A stretch of DNA of 63,853 bases, filler included, from Klebsormidium nitens (Eukaryota > Plantae > Klebsormidiophyceae): assembly GCA_000708835.1 (NCBI GenBank). It is 6 parts of 6 records of this genome, joined end to end, with 100 filler letters (N's around TTAATTAATTAA, not from the genome) between each part and the next. Parts side by side here need not be neighbours in the genome. Positions count along the whole stretch, not along the records: positions 24,495 to 33,343 come from DF238221.1; positions 33,444 to 54,266 come from DF237917.1; 4 more parts are not named here. The stretch is one strand, 5' to 3'. Positions within the stretch are counted from its first letter, which is position 1. Each line of letters opens with the position of its first letter. Made by a program: the position numbers and the translations under genes. Below, piece by piece: positions 27,221 through 40,200 of this stretch. The notes beneath the pieces were generated by a model. That model did not search any database. It was not told where the DNA came from and was given only the letters and a program-made list of their open reading frames with translations.

Positions 27221-30016
27221 TCACTCTCTGCCAGCTGCACTTTCGTCCTTCCGTTCCGCTGGCCCTCCGCTTCCTCCTCCCCCAGTTGCCCAGCCCCCGA
27301 CGCCCTTTCACCGTGTCCTTTGAGCCTGATCGAACTCTCGGCCGGTCTTGAATGTGCTTTCTCCGCCCAGCTAGTTGCAGTCCCATCATTCGACGGGGGC
27401 TCTGTCGTATTTTCCGGGGGGTCTGCTGGCGGCTCGTCCTTCTCGGGCGGCACCGGTAGAAAACGTCCTGCAGGCTCGGCAGGTTAATTGACGTCACACT
27501 CTCCGTTTTCCTGACTTTTCATCCCCCGGGGCACTTCGACTGCGGTCAACTTGAAGCTGACGTCAGCGGGGCGGGGGAAATGACGCTGCGGGCGCTGCAG
27601 TCGCTCCGCTTGCCCTTGAGGAGCGCCACGTGGCCCTCTTTTGGGGTCTTTGGGCGGCTGGATCAGGTCAACGATGCCCCGGTCTTTCTTGGTGGGCGCT
27701 CGGTCCTGCCATAGGATGGGCCGGGCTCGACGGTGTCTTTCCATCTTTCTGCTCTGAGGAGAACTGGTGACCTTATTCTGAAGGTGTTTCAATTGGGATA
27801 ACCCGCTGTGGAATGCGCGGTCAATCCGAGGGATGTATCTCCGAAGCTTTGAGCCATTTACAATGACTGGTGTAAGGGCATCGAAACAAACACGAGCCAC
27901 GTTTCGCTTGAAGAAAAAGTGGTTGATGCACGTCTCTTCGGGTGTCCCGCAAAGCAAGGAGCGACTGCCGGAGTTTCACGAAACTTGACGGACCGTTGGT
28001 CACACGGTGGGGAAAGGACAAATGATAAAAGAGAGCCAGAAGATGGATCATCAGTATACCCGCCGAAGATCAGAAGTAGATTTGACGAGGTTAGTGGCTC
28101 GCACTGAAAGCACAATCGGAATATACTGTGGGGCTTGCGAATGTGACGGTTCCGTTACGAGCACACTCTTCCCTTGTCTATGAATCGGTCCAAACAAGGG
28201 TTTTAGCTTACGGTTTGAAAATCATCCTGAACGAATGATGCTTCTTATTTGCTACTATTCCAGTGCGCTGCTCGCTTTGGGGGGGCGTGCCAACCTTCGT
28301 CAAATTCCATCAGCTGCGGACACAGGTAAAAGCACTGTTCAAACCCCGACCCGTCGAAAAGTTGCAATAAGTTTAGCACGTCCCCAAAATCCTATCCAGT
28401 CATGCCAGTGTCGAAGGGCTGGTCGCCCGCACCTTCCGCTGTTCCGCTGTTCCGCTCTCCGGCTTCTTGGTGGCGGCGGGGAAGAAGGAGTTGACGGGCG
28501 GTTGCAGGCGTGCGTCGTACTCGTCCGGCGCTTTGCCGGCGTCCCTCAGCAGCTTCAACTTCTTACTGGCCGCCAAGATCGACCGCAGGCATCTTGTACG
28601 ACGGGGTCCTGGAAGCGCAGAAGTTTTCAATCTCTGTGCCAGCTCTCTTGATGTCTTGGTTTTGCAGTGGCTATTTGCTCCGGACAGGGAGTGAAAAGAG
28701 ATTGCTACATCAGCCCTTTTTGGCCGGTTGCTGGGGTCTCGTGGGGCTGCAATTGTAAGCACAAGTGGTGTAAGCACAAGCTTTCTTTTCAGCTTGGTTG
28801 CCTTCGACGAGGTTGCCCTGTTGGATCAGCTTGCACTTCAAGAGGGGTCCTAAGCTCAGGTTTTGTAGTTGCTGTACGCTCTACGTATTCAAAGGGCTGC
28901 TTCTAGCGCTCGCGAAAGAGCAAATAAGCAAGAATATTGCAAAAGATCAGCACTCCGTTTTGAAAGGAAACCATTCAGAAATGGAATTTGTGATATGAAC
29001 GTGAGCCATGCAATGATCTTCTAAAATGAAGAAAGTTGTGCAAGAATTGGCTTAATTGGACGCCATCTGCAGAGTTTTCGATCTTCGGGCGACGCAGAAC
29101 CCCCACTGCATGCAGGAAATCAACGTACATGCGACTATTCCGCATGCATTTCCGTCCAACCCTGCAGGGTCCATGATTTTGCTTGACGTTGGTGCCGTGT
29201 GGACCGCAAAAAACCCTTGGCACCGCATAGATACCATGTATTAGTAAATCGTACGTGTCAAATCATGAGGGGGTATTTTATTTTTGTGATGAAGTATGCG
29301 TTACTAATTGGATTGGTCCAATCCCGCACAAAATATTCCATAAGCGCACGAGGCTTTCGCATACGCATATGCACAAATGGATCCTCCGACACTGTATATG
29401 CATGCATTAGTCATTGCTGCCTTTCTGCAGCTATCACAACTAACAAATTTCTGCATCTCAACATGTCGATCGGCTATGACGTTCAAGCTGAATCGGATCT
29501 CAGCTAATGTCAAATTCGACTTTAATTGTGCCCCATGAAGTGACTGCTATCAAGAATCAATATTGATCAAGTAGTACAGATTTGTGGAAGATACCAACCA
29601 TATCATGCAGGGCCTTGATGTCTTACTGCCGTGAGCGTCCCGCCAGAAAGATGGTCTCTTTTCACACGCCGTAGCCAGTGCGGCCATAGGCTTCTCATGG
29701 CATACGATATTTGTGATTGTTGTGTTGCGCATGTTCAATAACCGACCCTTAAAGCTTCTTGGCTTATCGATTGAGCTTGTACAAACATGTTCGCTTGAGA
29801 AAACAACGAGTCGTAACCAAACGGGACAGTGCAAATGTGACCACAATCAACGGCATCAGGCCGAGATCAAGCCAGAAAGCGACGATGCTCATTACCTAAT
29901 ACGGGGAAGCCTTCCGAGTACGAGCGCGGAACACTTGCGTCAGCACGTCGATCTTCAGCACTCCGGACATTTCAAATCAAGTTTGCGGCAGCTAATACTT
30001 GAAGCTATTCAATCAA

Positions 30017-32163
30017 TCAGGCAAACCCTCTCGCTTTCTTGCCATTCTGGCCGCTGGCTCGCAACATGGCCCAAAGAGCAGACCATGCGATGGCAACTAC
30101 TGGAAGCCCCACATACACATAGTCCATTCTTTCGAAGGTTTCCAACGAGTCCTCTTTTGTCATTGTGTTTGCGTGAGGATACGGTGTGTCAGGTACTTGG
30201 ACCCCAAGAAAGCTGCACAGCGGCTCCCAGCCGTCCTTTGCGTTGAATATAAGCAGGCGCTCTGGGGCAACTCCGGCAATAACCCGGTGGCGCCAACCCA
30301 GTACAATATGACAGATCAACAGGGCGTTCGATCTCAAGCCTACGTTCCAATCAATACTTGAGGTCAAATTGAAGGCAATCGTGCAGCTCGTACGTACATA
30401 CTCTGCTCGTTATTTACCCAACAAGAACTTATGCACCTCAGCTTGAAGTTGTGAAGTTTTTGAGCTGATGCTACGCACGTTCAGAGCACCAGCGACTTCT
30501 GATTCACGACTTCAACTAGCATAAAGTGATGGTGGTAAGAATCGGGTGCAGATTCATTGCTTTCCTTAGAACTGCAAATTCGAGACCTGGTGACCAACGC
30601 CGTACGCTTCCAGTAATACAGTAAGCATTTCGATCAAGCACTTCAAACCAAGCAGATCAATGAAAGTATTATGCACGCTAAGCTGCCTTCCAATCCGGCC
30701 AACTACGACGATGCTGACATCTAATGAGCGTCGGACTAGCCAATTCAGTTGCTCCATCCAAGAACGTTTTTGCGAGTTCCCTGCTTTTGATGTAGCTCAA
30801 AAAGTTACATGAAGCTTGCAGTTTGAGTCAGCTCACTTCCTGAGCCACGTGCCGCTCGAAAATGGTGCGGGCCGCTTCTTTGTTGTCAAAGGAGCCCTCA
30901 AAGGTTCCAGTCTTTGACCACAAGATGTCGGAGATGGTGCGCCTCTGGAGGTACTTCTGCTTCTGTGCCAGCTTCAACCACGGAAATCGCTTGAACTTGA
31001 GCAGCACCGCATTGTTATGTGCATAGATCGTGGTCTGTGCACTTCTGTACCAGCTGTTAAAGTCGCGCACAGAGAGGATGACCTTGGCATCCGGGTGCAA
31101 GTCGCATAACTCGCGCCAATACCGGCAGCCAGGCCAGTCCACCTGCCAAACAAAGAGGGGACTGGCAGATGGTCAAACTCTGAAGTAACTTTGAGATAAA
31201 CTCCTTTTTAGGAATCTGCCGATCTCACCATACGCCCCAAGCAAACTTGATACACAGCTAGCAAACACTCTTTGTCCACCATGGAACGGTGGAATCGTTC
31301 AATTACTGCGAGTGCTCTGCAGAGCACTTCGGGTGAGGATCAGCCAGAAGCAGCTCAAAGATGTGTCTAAGCACAAACAAGCTTAGCTTTAGCATACCCT
31401 CTTACAGTGGAGACAAAGACCTAACATACCTCAAATTCATGACTCAAAAGTCTTGCATGATGACCAGCAATGATGCACACTTCTTGGCTCCAGGTTTATT
31501 CCAAATTGCACATCATCTGAATAGGTAACCATCTTTGAGATTGATTCCAGGTACAAAAAGCAGCAGCGGCAGCTAGGACAAATTGCGGCACAAAAAAGTT
31601 TGTTGTACAACAAGATTACAATGACCCGCTTCAACTAGTCTAGATCTCTTAAAATTCTATCAACTTTGCCTAATAGGTCTGTGTGTCCGCTTCCACTTCT
31701 TTATTAGTTCTCTCACTGGCTTGCGGCAACGTCCGCATGACAGGAGCACCAGTTTATCATTGATTTCGATCGTTGTAATGTGTCAAGATTGGGCTAAGGT
31801 TGGACAATTCACAAACTGCAGCTTTGCTGGCTCGGCAGTAGTGAGCAGCAACGCTCTAAATCCGCTATTCTTGTGGCCCTTCACATTCTGCTGCTGCCAT
31901 GCCGCACACAGGCGCATGGAAAACAATGCACACTCACCGTTGAAGCATACCCCTTACAAGCCTCCCTGAGCTTCGCCGGATCCGCTCTGCCATACTCTTG
32001 CTTGCTCTCCTCAACGGCCCTCCATATTGCCCCGGGCCTTCACCTCGCTCATATGATTGCAAGGGCCAAATCCAAGCTCCGTCAAAGCAGCCTTCAAGCT
32101 GGTGGTGCCCGTCCTTCCAAGTCCTGCCCCTATTATCCGCAGCTCATTCGCAGGCTTTGCCAT
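30017..32163 (-). CDS. Host sulfotransferase-family (Sulfotransfer_4-like P-loop) protein, multi-exon; internal exons not fully resolved
   Basis: IIGAGLGRTGTTSLKAAL..LGFGPCNHM (32045-32163), VDWP...P.AKVILSVRD..SWY.S (~30830-31143), and RLLIFNAKDGWEPLCSFLG..VP..PYPHAN (~30020-30270). Confidence 0.82.
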
Positions 32164-32609
32164 AATGATGGCATTGGGACTACAAATGTAACAAAGGGTG
32201 GGAAACGGCAAGACGAGAGTGTGTTAATAGGGCTGTCTGGGGGCTATATGGGTACTCTAGGCCATACTGTCACAGGCTATAGTCACATTTCACTATTTGA
32301 GAGTCACATGCAAACCACCGCATTGAATGCAGCGATTTATGTAGAAGCAGAATAATACTAATAGTAGAACGACAAGCAGCAACCTAGCTAGACCCGCCGA
32401 CGACCCGCCACACTATCCCCGCATGCCCCGCTGGATCAGCTCTAATTCAGGCAGAGTTGCTTTTGGCAACTACGGTATGTGCCTCTTGCCACAGTGTGAC
32501 AGGCAAACAATTGATACCGGTACTTGTTAAAGTTGAGATTTTGACGGGCCTTGCATTAATTTGGTGTCTAACTTCGATTCAGATTCTGATTCCGTATGAG
32601 TACCAATTA

Positions 32610-33026
32610 GGGTACCATCACTTTGAAGTGGCACCCCCTTAGGTATTCTGTTGGGGGGGGGGCTCGGGTTGCTTCAACCAATCTCAAGTGGGGAGGAGGG
32701 GGGGGGGCTGAGGCCTTTGGCTTGGGGCGAAGCCCCAGCCAAAAATTCAGCTCAAGAACATGCTTTTTCATGCTAATTTATCAGGTTTAAGCCCACTGGT
32801 CAGAGATTCTGGACCACGAGTGCAACAAAGAAGCACTTTTCAGGGGCGAATTCAAGCATACGAGAGTGCTTATGTCCAGAAACTTTGCCCGGGTGGTGGC
32901 TATGTGGACCGGGGCCTTGACCTTTTTTGTGAAGACAATGCCGGGAGGGGGGGGGGGTCTTGAGACCCTCAAGCCAAAGTGCCTCTAAAATACCTAACCG
33001 GGTGCCACTTCAAAGTGACGGTACCC
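32610..33026. mobile_element. Tourist/PIF-Harbinger-like MITE, 417 bp
   Basis: ~38-bp terminal inverted repeats starting GGGTACC(A/G)TCACTTTGAAGTGGCACCC with 3 mismatches; TTA target-site duplication at 32607-32609 and 33027-33029; no coding capacity. Confidence 0.87.
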
Positions 33027-33444
33027 TTAGGTATAGTGGACAGCCTGGGCTTATACTGTGGACGTGGCTGTGGACGTCATGTGGACGGTCCAACCGGGGG
33101 TACTGACAAGTACCGCGCGCGCGACACTTCAAGAATTTCAAGACAGAAAACGGTTGAATACATATCGGCCGCACTTTGACTAAGCCTAGTCCAACTTCTG
33201 TACTAGAGCAGTCTAGGTTCACAGTGTTCACGCGAGCCGGCCTGCCTACCTATGTACCTAGACTCACGAGACTGGGAACGACAGTCCGTCAGGGCCTCGA
33301 GGCCTCAAGTTTGCCTCAAGTTTGTCACTTTATCACTGTCTAANNNNNNNNNNNNNNNNNNNNNNNNNNNNNNNNNNNNNNNNNNNNTTAATTAATTAAN
33401 NNNNNNNNNNNNNNNNNNNNNNNNNNNNNNNNNNNNNNNNNNNC

Positions 33445-36400
33445 ACGCTGCTTCCCCGGCATGTACTCTATATCGAAGTCATACTCTTGTAACTTCAAAG
33501 ACCAGCGCATCAACCTTGTATTTAGGCCCTGACTATTCATCAACCACTTCAAACTGGCGTGATCTGTCACCAAACTGAACTTCGTTCCAAAAAGATACGG
33601 CCTGAAATGCTTCACCCCCCAGACTACTGCCAAACACTCCCCCTCAGTTGTTGGGTAGTTCCTTTCAGCCGCAGTCGATGACTTGCTTGCATAAGCGACC
33701 ACGTGCTCCTGGCCGTCTGCCCCTAACTGAGCCAAAATCGCCCCTATTGCCGTCCCTGAATAATCCGTTTTAAGTATGAACCGGTGAGAAAAGTCTAGAC
33801 GAACAAGGATTGGCGGTGAGATCAGCCGTTCCTTGAGCTCTTCGAACGCCCTTTGTTGCTCTAATCCCCAGCTATACAGCACTTCCTTCCTTAGTAACCC
33901 CGTTAATGGCCCAGCAAGCTTTGAAAACGACCGCACATATCTTCTGTAGTATCCGCAAAGCCCCAAAAATCCTCTCAGTTCTGATACGTTTCGAGGAACC
34001 GGGTAATGTTGAACACAAGCTATCTTTGCTGGATCAGATTTCGACCCCTCCCTATTAATCACATGCCCAAGATACAATATCTCTTGCATCGCGAAGCTAC
34101 ACTTTTTTGGACTGATCTTCAGGTTCGCCATCCTCAAAGCCTCAAATACTTTCTCCAAATGCCCCAAATGCGTACTGAAATCATCACTATAAACCAGGAT
34201 ATCATCCAAGTATACCGAGCAGAAATTCCCAATGAATGGCCGCAGCACAACGTCCATCAGCCTCTGAAAGGTGCATGGAGCGTTGCATAGCCCAAACGGC
34301 ATCACCCTGAACTGAAATAACCCCAGCGGCGTCGTAAAAGCCGTCTTCACTTTGTCCCCTGGTGCTGGCCAATGCTATCTGNNNNNNNNNNNNNNNNNNN
34401 NTGCTGCTTCCCCGGCCTGTACTCTATATCGAAGTCATACTCTTGTAACTTCAAAGACCAGCGCATCAACCTTGTATTTAGGTCCTGACTATTCATCAAC
34501 CACTTCAAACTGGCGTGATCTGTCACCAAACTGAACTTCGTTCCAAAAAGATACGGCCTGAAATGCTTCACCTCCCAGACTACTGCCAAACACTCTCCCT
34601 CAGTTGTTGAGTAGTTCTTTTCAGCCGCAGTCAATGACTTGCTTGCATAGGCTACCACGTGCTCCTGCCCATCAGCCCCTAGCTGAGCTAGAATCGCCCC
34701 TATTGCCGTTCCTGAATAATCCGTTTTGAGTATGAACCGTTGAGAAAAGTCTGGACGAACAAGGATTGGCGGTGAAATTAGCCGTTCCTTGAGCTCCTCG
34801 AACGCCCTTTGATGCTTTAATCCCCCGGCAGCTATACAGCACGTTTTTCCTTGGTAACCCCGTTAATGGCCCAGCAAGCTTTGAAAACTACCGCACATAT
34901 CTCCTGTAGTATCCGCAAAGCCCCAAAAATCCTCTCAGTTCTGATACGTTTCGAGGAATCGGGTAATGTTGAACACAAGCTATCTTTGCTGGATCAGGTC
35001 TCGACCCTCACTATTAATCACATGCCCAAGATACAATAGCTCTTGCATCGCGAAGCTACACTTCTTTGAACTGATCTTCAGGTTTGCCATCCTCAAAGCC
35101 TCAAATACTTTCTCCAAATGCCCCAAATGCGCACTGAAATCATCACTTTAAACGAGGATATCATCCAAGTATACCGAGCAGAAATTCCCAATGAATGGCC
35201 GCAGCACAACGTCCATCAGCCTCTGAAAGGTGCATGGAGCGTTGCATAGCCCAAACGGCATCACCCTGAACTGAAATAACCCCAGTGGCGTCGTAAAAGC
35301 CGTCTTCACTTTGTCCCCTGGTGCTAATGCTATCTGCCAGTAACCCCACTTCAAATCTATCAGCGAATACCAGTGTGCCTTCCCAATCTCGTCCAGCAAG
35401 TCGTCTATCATTGGTAAAGGATATGAGTCCTTTACCGTAGCCTCATTCACCTTTCTCAAGTCTATGCAAAACCTGTCGCCCCCATCTTTCTTCTTTGTAA
35501 TCACTGGACATGAAACCCACGGACTTTCTGATGGCTCTATGATTCCGTCCTCTAGCATCTGCTTGACCTCCCTTATGATAACCTCTCGTTCTTTTTGAGA
35601 CAACCTATACGCCCTCTGTTTAATTGGAGGATGATTTTCTGTGTAGATCCTATGCCAAACCAAATCAGTGTATCCCAGCCTCTCATTTTCCCACAAGAAA
35701 ACGTCTCTGTATGTTGCCAGTAATTGGGTGATTAGCTGCTTCTGAATTCCGGTTAGTCTCTTACCCTTTTGAATAGCTCCCAAGCCCGTGAGAATACTCT
35801 CCACTTCCGAGCTCGTACCACCCATCGTATTGCGCCAGTCTACCATTGCGTCCAATTCTGATTCACTTACCAGGCTTTGAATCTCATTGTACAAAGCCAG
35901 ATCACTGCTCAGCCCTAGCTGCTCATCTCGAAATACTTCCACTACTTCGTCCACGGCCTTTTCTTCAAAAGGCTCCTCAAAAAGTACCTCTAATCCTAGT
36001 CCATCTAGTTTGCCTGCATCCTCCCAGTCTTCAAAGCTAAATGCCTCTGAAGCCTTCCAAAATTCCTCTACCTCAGGCAGCACGGCCTCTTCTATTTCCG
36101 ACCATTCCTCACTCCAGTCCGACTCCTCATCGAACTCCATTTCCTCCTACGGGTCATTGTTAAGGCTGTCTGCACCTCCTGAATCCACTTCAGTTTCCAA
36201 ATCAGACTCTTCTTCCCTCTGTTTATCTTGCAATTTCACAAGGGAACTGTGCCCTAGGAGCCGGCCTCCTTTCAAACCTTGCCCCCTCTTTTTGTTCTTT
36301 TCTTTCGTTGATCGTATCCAATGGTTCTATTTCCAGATAAGCTGCCATCCCAGTACTTGCTTCAAATGCTAGTGGAAGGGTTCCTTGATGCTGATGATCA

Positions 36401-39300
36401 ACCCAGAAGTTCAAAGTCCTGGAATGGTAGTCTATGTCAGCCCCAATGACGTGCAGAAAGTCATTCCCCAGCAGAACATCGTAGTTCGTAGCTTTCACTA
36501 TATGAGCGTCCAATGCTACCTCGAATTCCCCAATTTTGATAGATATTCTGGGCAACAGCCCCATCGGGGTCTCTTTCTCCCCTGACGAATTCCTGAAGCT
36601 ACACCTTGATGGCAAAAGTTTACCCATCAGGTCCAACCTCCTAGCCACCAGCTGACTGATCAAAGTATGAGAACATCCTGTGTCTATGTACCCTTCTACT
36701 GGCAGGGCCCAGTATTTCAACAGGTGCTCTAGCCACAGTATACTCCGAAAGCAGCACCTGGGCCTCTGCATGATGACTCTGACTACTACCAACTGCCCCA
36801 GTCTCACTGATCCCAGCTTTTGGCGTTGTCAAATATGTCAGCAGCTCTTGTCGAACCTTAGGCGCCAGATCTATCAAGGTCTGAAAGTCCACTCGGGCCT
36901 GTGTTGACTTTAGTTGATTCAATATTGAGTACGTTTCAGCCTTTTGCTGAACCACAGCCCGACTGGCACCAGTCTGATACCTAGCTGGCCTCGTGTAACT
37001 CCTTGTTGCAGAACCGGCGCCCTCTACTGGAAATTGCCTTGAACCTCTGCCATCCGCCTGACTTTCATTCGGCTGCCCTTCTGCTGCATCCTCGGTCTGC
37101 CGCCTCGGTAAATTCAAAGGAAATGGAGTCCGCTTTGCAGGTCTCCCTTCCCCGTCGTCACCTCTTTCACGGGTTCTCTTCAGTGCTGCATACACATCTG
37201 CTATCAGTGCATACTCTGCCGCCGGCTCTAACTCCTGCTTCGAACCCTCTATCAAGTCCTTCACCCATTCACGTCCCTCAAAGAAGTCTGCCATCAGTGC
37301 TGACCCCTTTTGAACCTGCTTCTTTACCTCATCAATCTCCTTTATCAGTTCTTCAAAGCCTAAGTTTCCCGTTTCTGCAGCACCTGCAGAAGCTGCTGAG
37401 TCTGCTAACCCTGGGAACCTACCATCATTCTGTGGACAATCTCTTGCTATGTGTCCCCTCTGCCCACAGACATAACAACCATCCTTTCCATATTGCAGTG
37501 CATTCCTCTCTTCCACATGTGCCAACAGCTTTAAATTTTCTAACTTCTTTGCAATATCATCTACCTCACTGCGAACCTTCGCACTGGCTGAACCATGCCC
37601 ACTTCCTGGATTCGGCCTGACTGGTGGACTCGGTTCTACCGGCCTTGTATTTACTGGCTGACTTCTAAACTCTGTTTCCCTTCCTGGCCCAGTATTCTCA
37701 GCCCTGCGCGCCGGTGGGACATACACGTTCTGCCGTGGTCTGCTCGAAGGACCCCTCCTTTGATCAAATGACTCTAGAGCTGTTCATACTTCCCCACTGA
37801 TCAACTGGCCCTCTGTCGAACTCGATGGACTCGTAGTAATCCGCAGCCTCTACTGCCTCGTCCAGTTCCTGAGGAATTTTCATCTCGACTTTGTACCTTA
37901 AGCTCGGCCTCAGACCAGTGATGAACCTGTACATGAGCAAGTCATCAGACACTGCATCATCCAGCTTTGCTGCTAGGTATTTCAGCTCCTGCAAAAATGA
38001 CTTAGCCCTTTCGCCAATCCTTTGTACCCTTGTCTCAAACTCCCTCCTGAGATTGAGCTTCGAACTCAGCCGTGAGAATCTTTTTACGACTTTATCTCCG
38101 AATTCATCAAACGTCCAATCATCGCTGTCCTTGTTAGACTCCAACCAATTATCTGCCTCTCCCTGCATGAATGCATATGCCATGCCTCTGCACTTTGAAC
38201 CCACCCATGCGCTCGCCAGCGCTACCTTTTTGAACGTTCGCAGCCATTCCTTTGGATCATTTCTACCATTGTAAGGTGCAAGTAACCGGCTCAAGACCAC
38301 GTGGTCCGAGCCATTCATTATGTCAGCCATCTTGTCTTCCTTTTGATACTTCTGCCCACCGGGCACTATATAAGTTATATACACTTGTACCTCAGCTGAA
38401 AATCCTCAGCGCACAGCTTCATTCAAGCGACGGTGAAGAGGCTATGTACCAGTGACAACCTTATACCACGTACAGCCCTTCTTACTAGGTTACCCAGCCT
38501 CCGAACAGGCTATTCCAAGTAATAACACTCTGCTGAAATCCTCAGTGCCACCACCAATCACAATCCGTGCCTCTATCAACAGCCTTGTCTCAAATCACTT
38601 TAGTAACCACAGCCTTCCAGGATTCCAGCCTAGCACTTGAATCATCCAATCGACTATGACTCTATCACTCTACAACCCTCAGTTATCTACAATGCCTAAG
38701 CCCCACGGCTGCCTTCGGCGCTTTATACTTAGCCGCAACAAGCCTGATCCCGAGTCTACCGAACCGCCGCTCACTTCCTGCACAATCCCTGGACAACCAG
38801 GCCCGCCGAGTCTGCTGTGCAGCACCTCAGGTGCTGGACAGGACCTCCGGCCTCGACTCTGACACTTCGTCGCTTGGCCGACTCGCTCGGCACTCTACAC
38901 GTGGTAAAATGACATTAGCCAAATTCTCGACTCGCTCGGCACTCTACACGTGGTAAAATGACTTAGCCAAATTCTCGACTCGGCCGCCGACGCGTGCGGT
39001 ACTTCACCAAAATTCTCGCGGCGACTTCCACGCAACCAGTATGAAGCACGTCAAATGTACACTCGTACACCGAAAATCCCGGTAATCCGTACACTCGGAA
39101 CTCAAAAGTACACTCACTTTAACTCGACCCAATGATTAGATTGCCAAATCGCCAATGACTTAACCGTTCTGACACCGTCTGACACCGCCAAGTCCCTTAG
39201 TCTTATATCAACCCCTTCTAGCGCGATTATACTTCACCAAAATCCCGCAGGCTAGGATCTTATCCCAGGCTAAAAAGCTGAAATTTCACCCCTGATACCA
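33445..39300 (-). mobile_element. Degenerate Ty3/Gypsy LTR retrotransposon: gag, CCHC knuckle, protease, RT, RNase H; RT/RNH portion present twice
   Basis: Gag domain 37764-38384, CYVCGQRGHIARDC, IDTGCS protease, VMPFGLCNAP...YLDDIL RT, and TDYS..AIGAIL...FSLVTDH RNase H; frameshifts and stops between segments. Confidence 0.92.
38876..38980. repeat. ~52-bp direct duplication in the retrotransposon 5' leader
   Basis: cgactcgctcggcactctacacgtggtaaaatgac(a)ttagccaaattct occurs twice. Confidence 0.9.
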
Positions 39301-40200
39301 ACCAAGAGCGCACTCGCTCGACAATACACCCACGGGCTAACACCCATATAAAAATTCGCTCGCAGCTGAAGAGGCGCTGGGATTTGGCTAAGTCAGAATT
39401 AGCTTTCCGATAACTTCTCATCCAAGTTATGAGCTTCGAATTCGGATTCCGCCCAATTTATAGTTCGGGAATCACTCTATAAGTTCGATAATTTCTAATT
39501 CCTAGATCTCTGTCGAAAAGCAGCCATCGATTATCGACATTATCTATTTTATTCAAACAAACATTATAGACTGCTATGCTATCTGCAGCATACTATTTAT
39601 CTACCTATTTCTAATGATTAAATTCTAGGTCTTCGTCTTCGATCTTCGGCTTTCTTCCCGTCGGAGTAGGTCGCGACACCCCGTAACGTTCCTGTTACGT
39701 CACCAGCCTGACATCTTAATGGTCTGAAGCGGCCTTCTGGAAGCTTCCAAAGCTCCATAGCCTATGAAACACCGTTTGCTTATATGAATATCCCTAAGAA
39801 TCCTGCGAGGATCACGCTCCTCGTGCATGCAATCTCATAGCATGTCTTGGAATGGTATCATGCTTGAGCGCCACAATGACATGAGATTCATCATCCGACG
39901 ACGACGCATTCACAGTCTTTGATCAGCCTATCTAACTGGGCCCAACTACATGTATGGCTTAATAACGAGTGCTAGCCATTGATTCCACGGAGTGAGGATA
40001 TTGATCATGCAAGGTCGAACAGGAGCATGGATGATACACGCACGACAACCCATCAACCATGATTGCCAAAAGCTCTGACATCGAGAGTTACCATCTTGTA
40101 TACACAACCGTAGATCGACTTCTGTACAAGGTTCCCAAACGCCCTTCCAATGGCTTGGAGGAAAACAGGCTACATTCAAGAGAATCCGCAATATATGACG

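Noticed and set aside
33445-35340. Tandem duplication of RT/RNase H as a novel double-RT element
   Set aside because: The two similar copies are separated and bounded by gaps, most likely contigs from different element copies scaffolded together.
39293-39300. tRNA-Met primer-binding site (TGGTATCAG on the minus strand)
   Set aside because: Only a partial match, not preceded by an LTR-ending CA, and no second LTR is available to confirm it.
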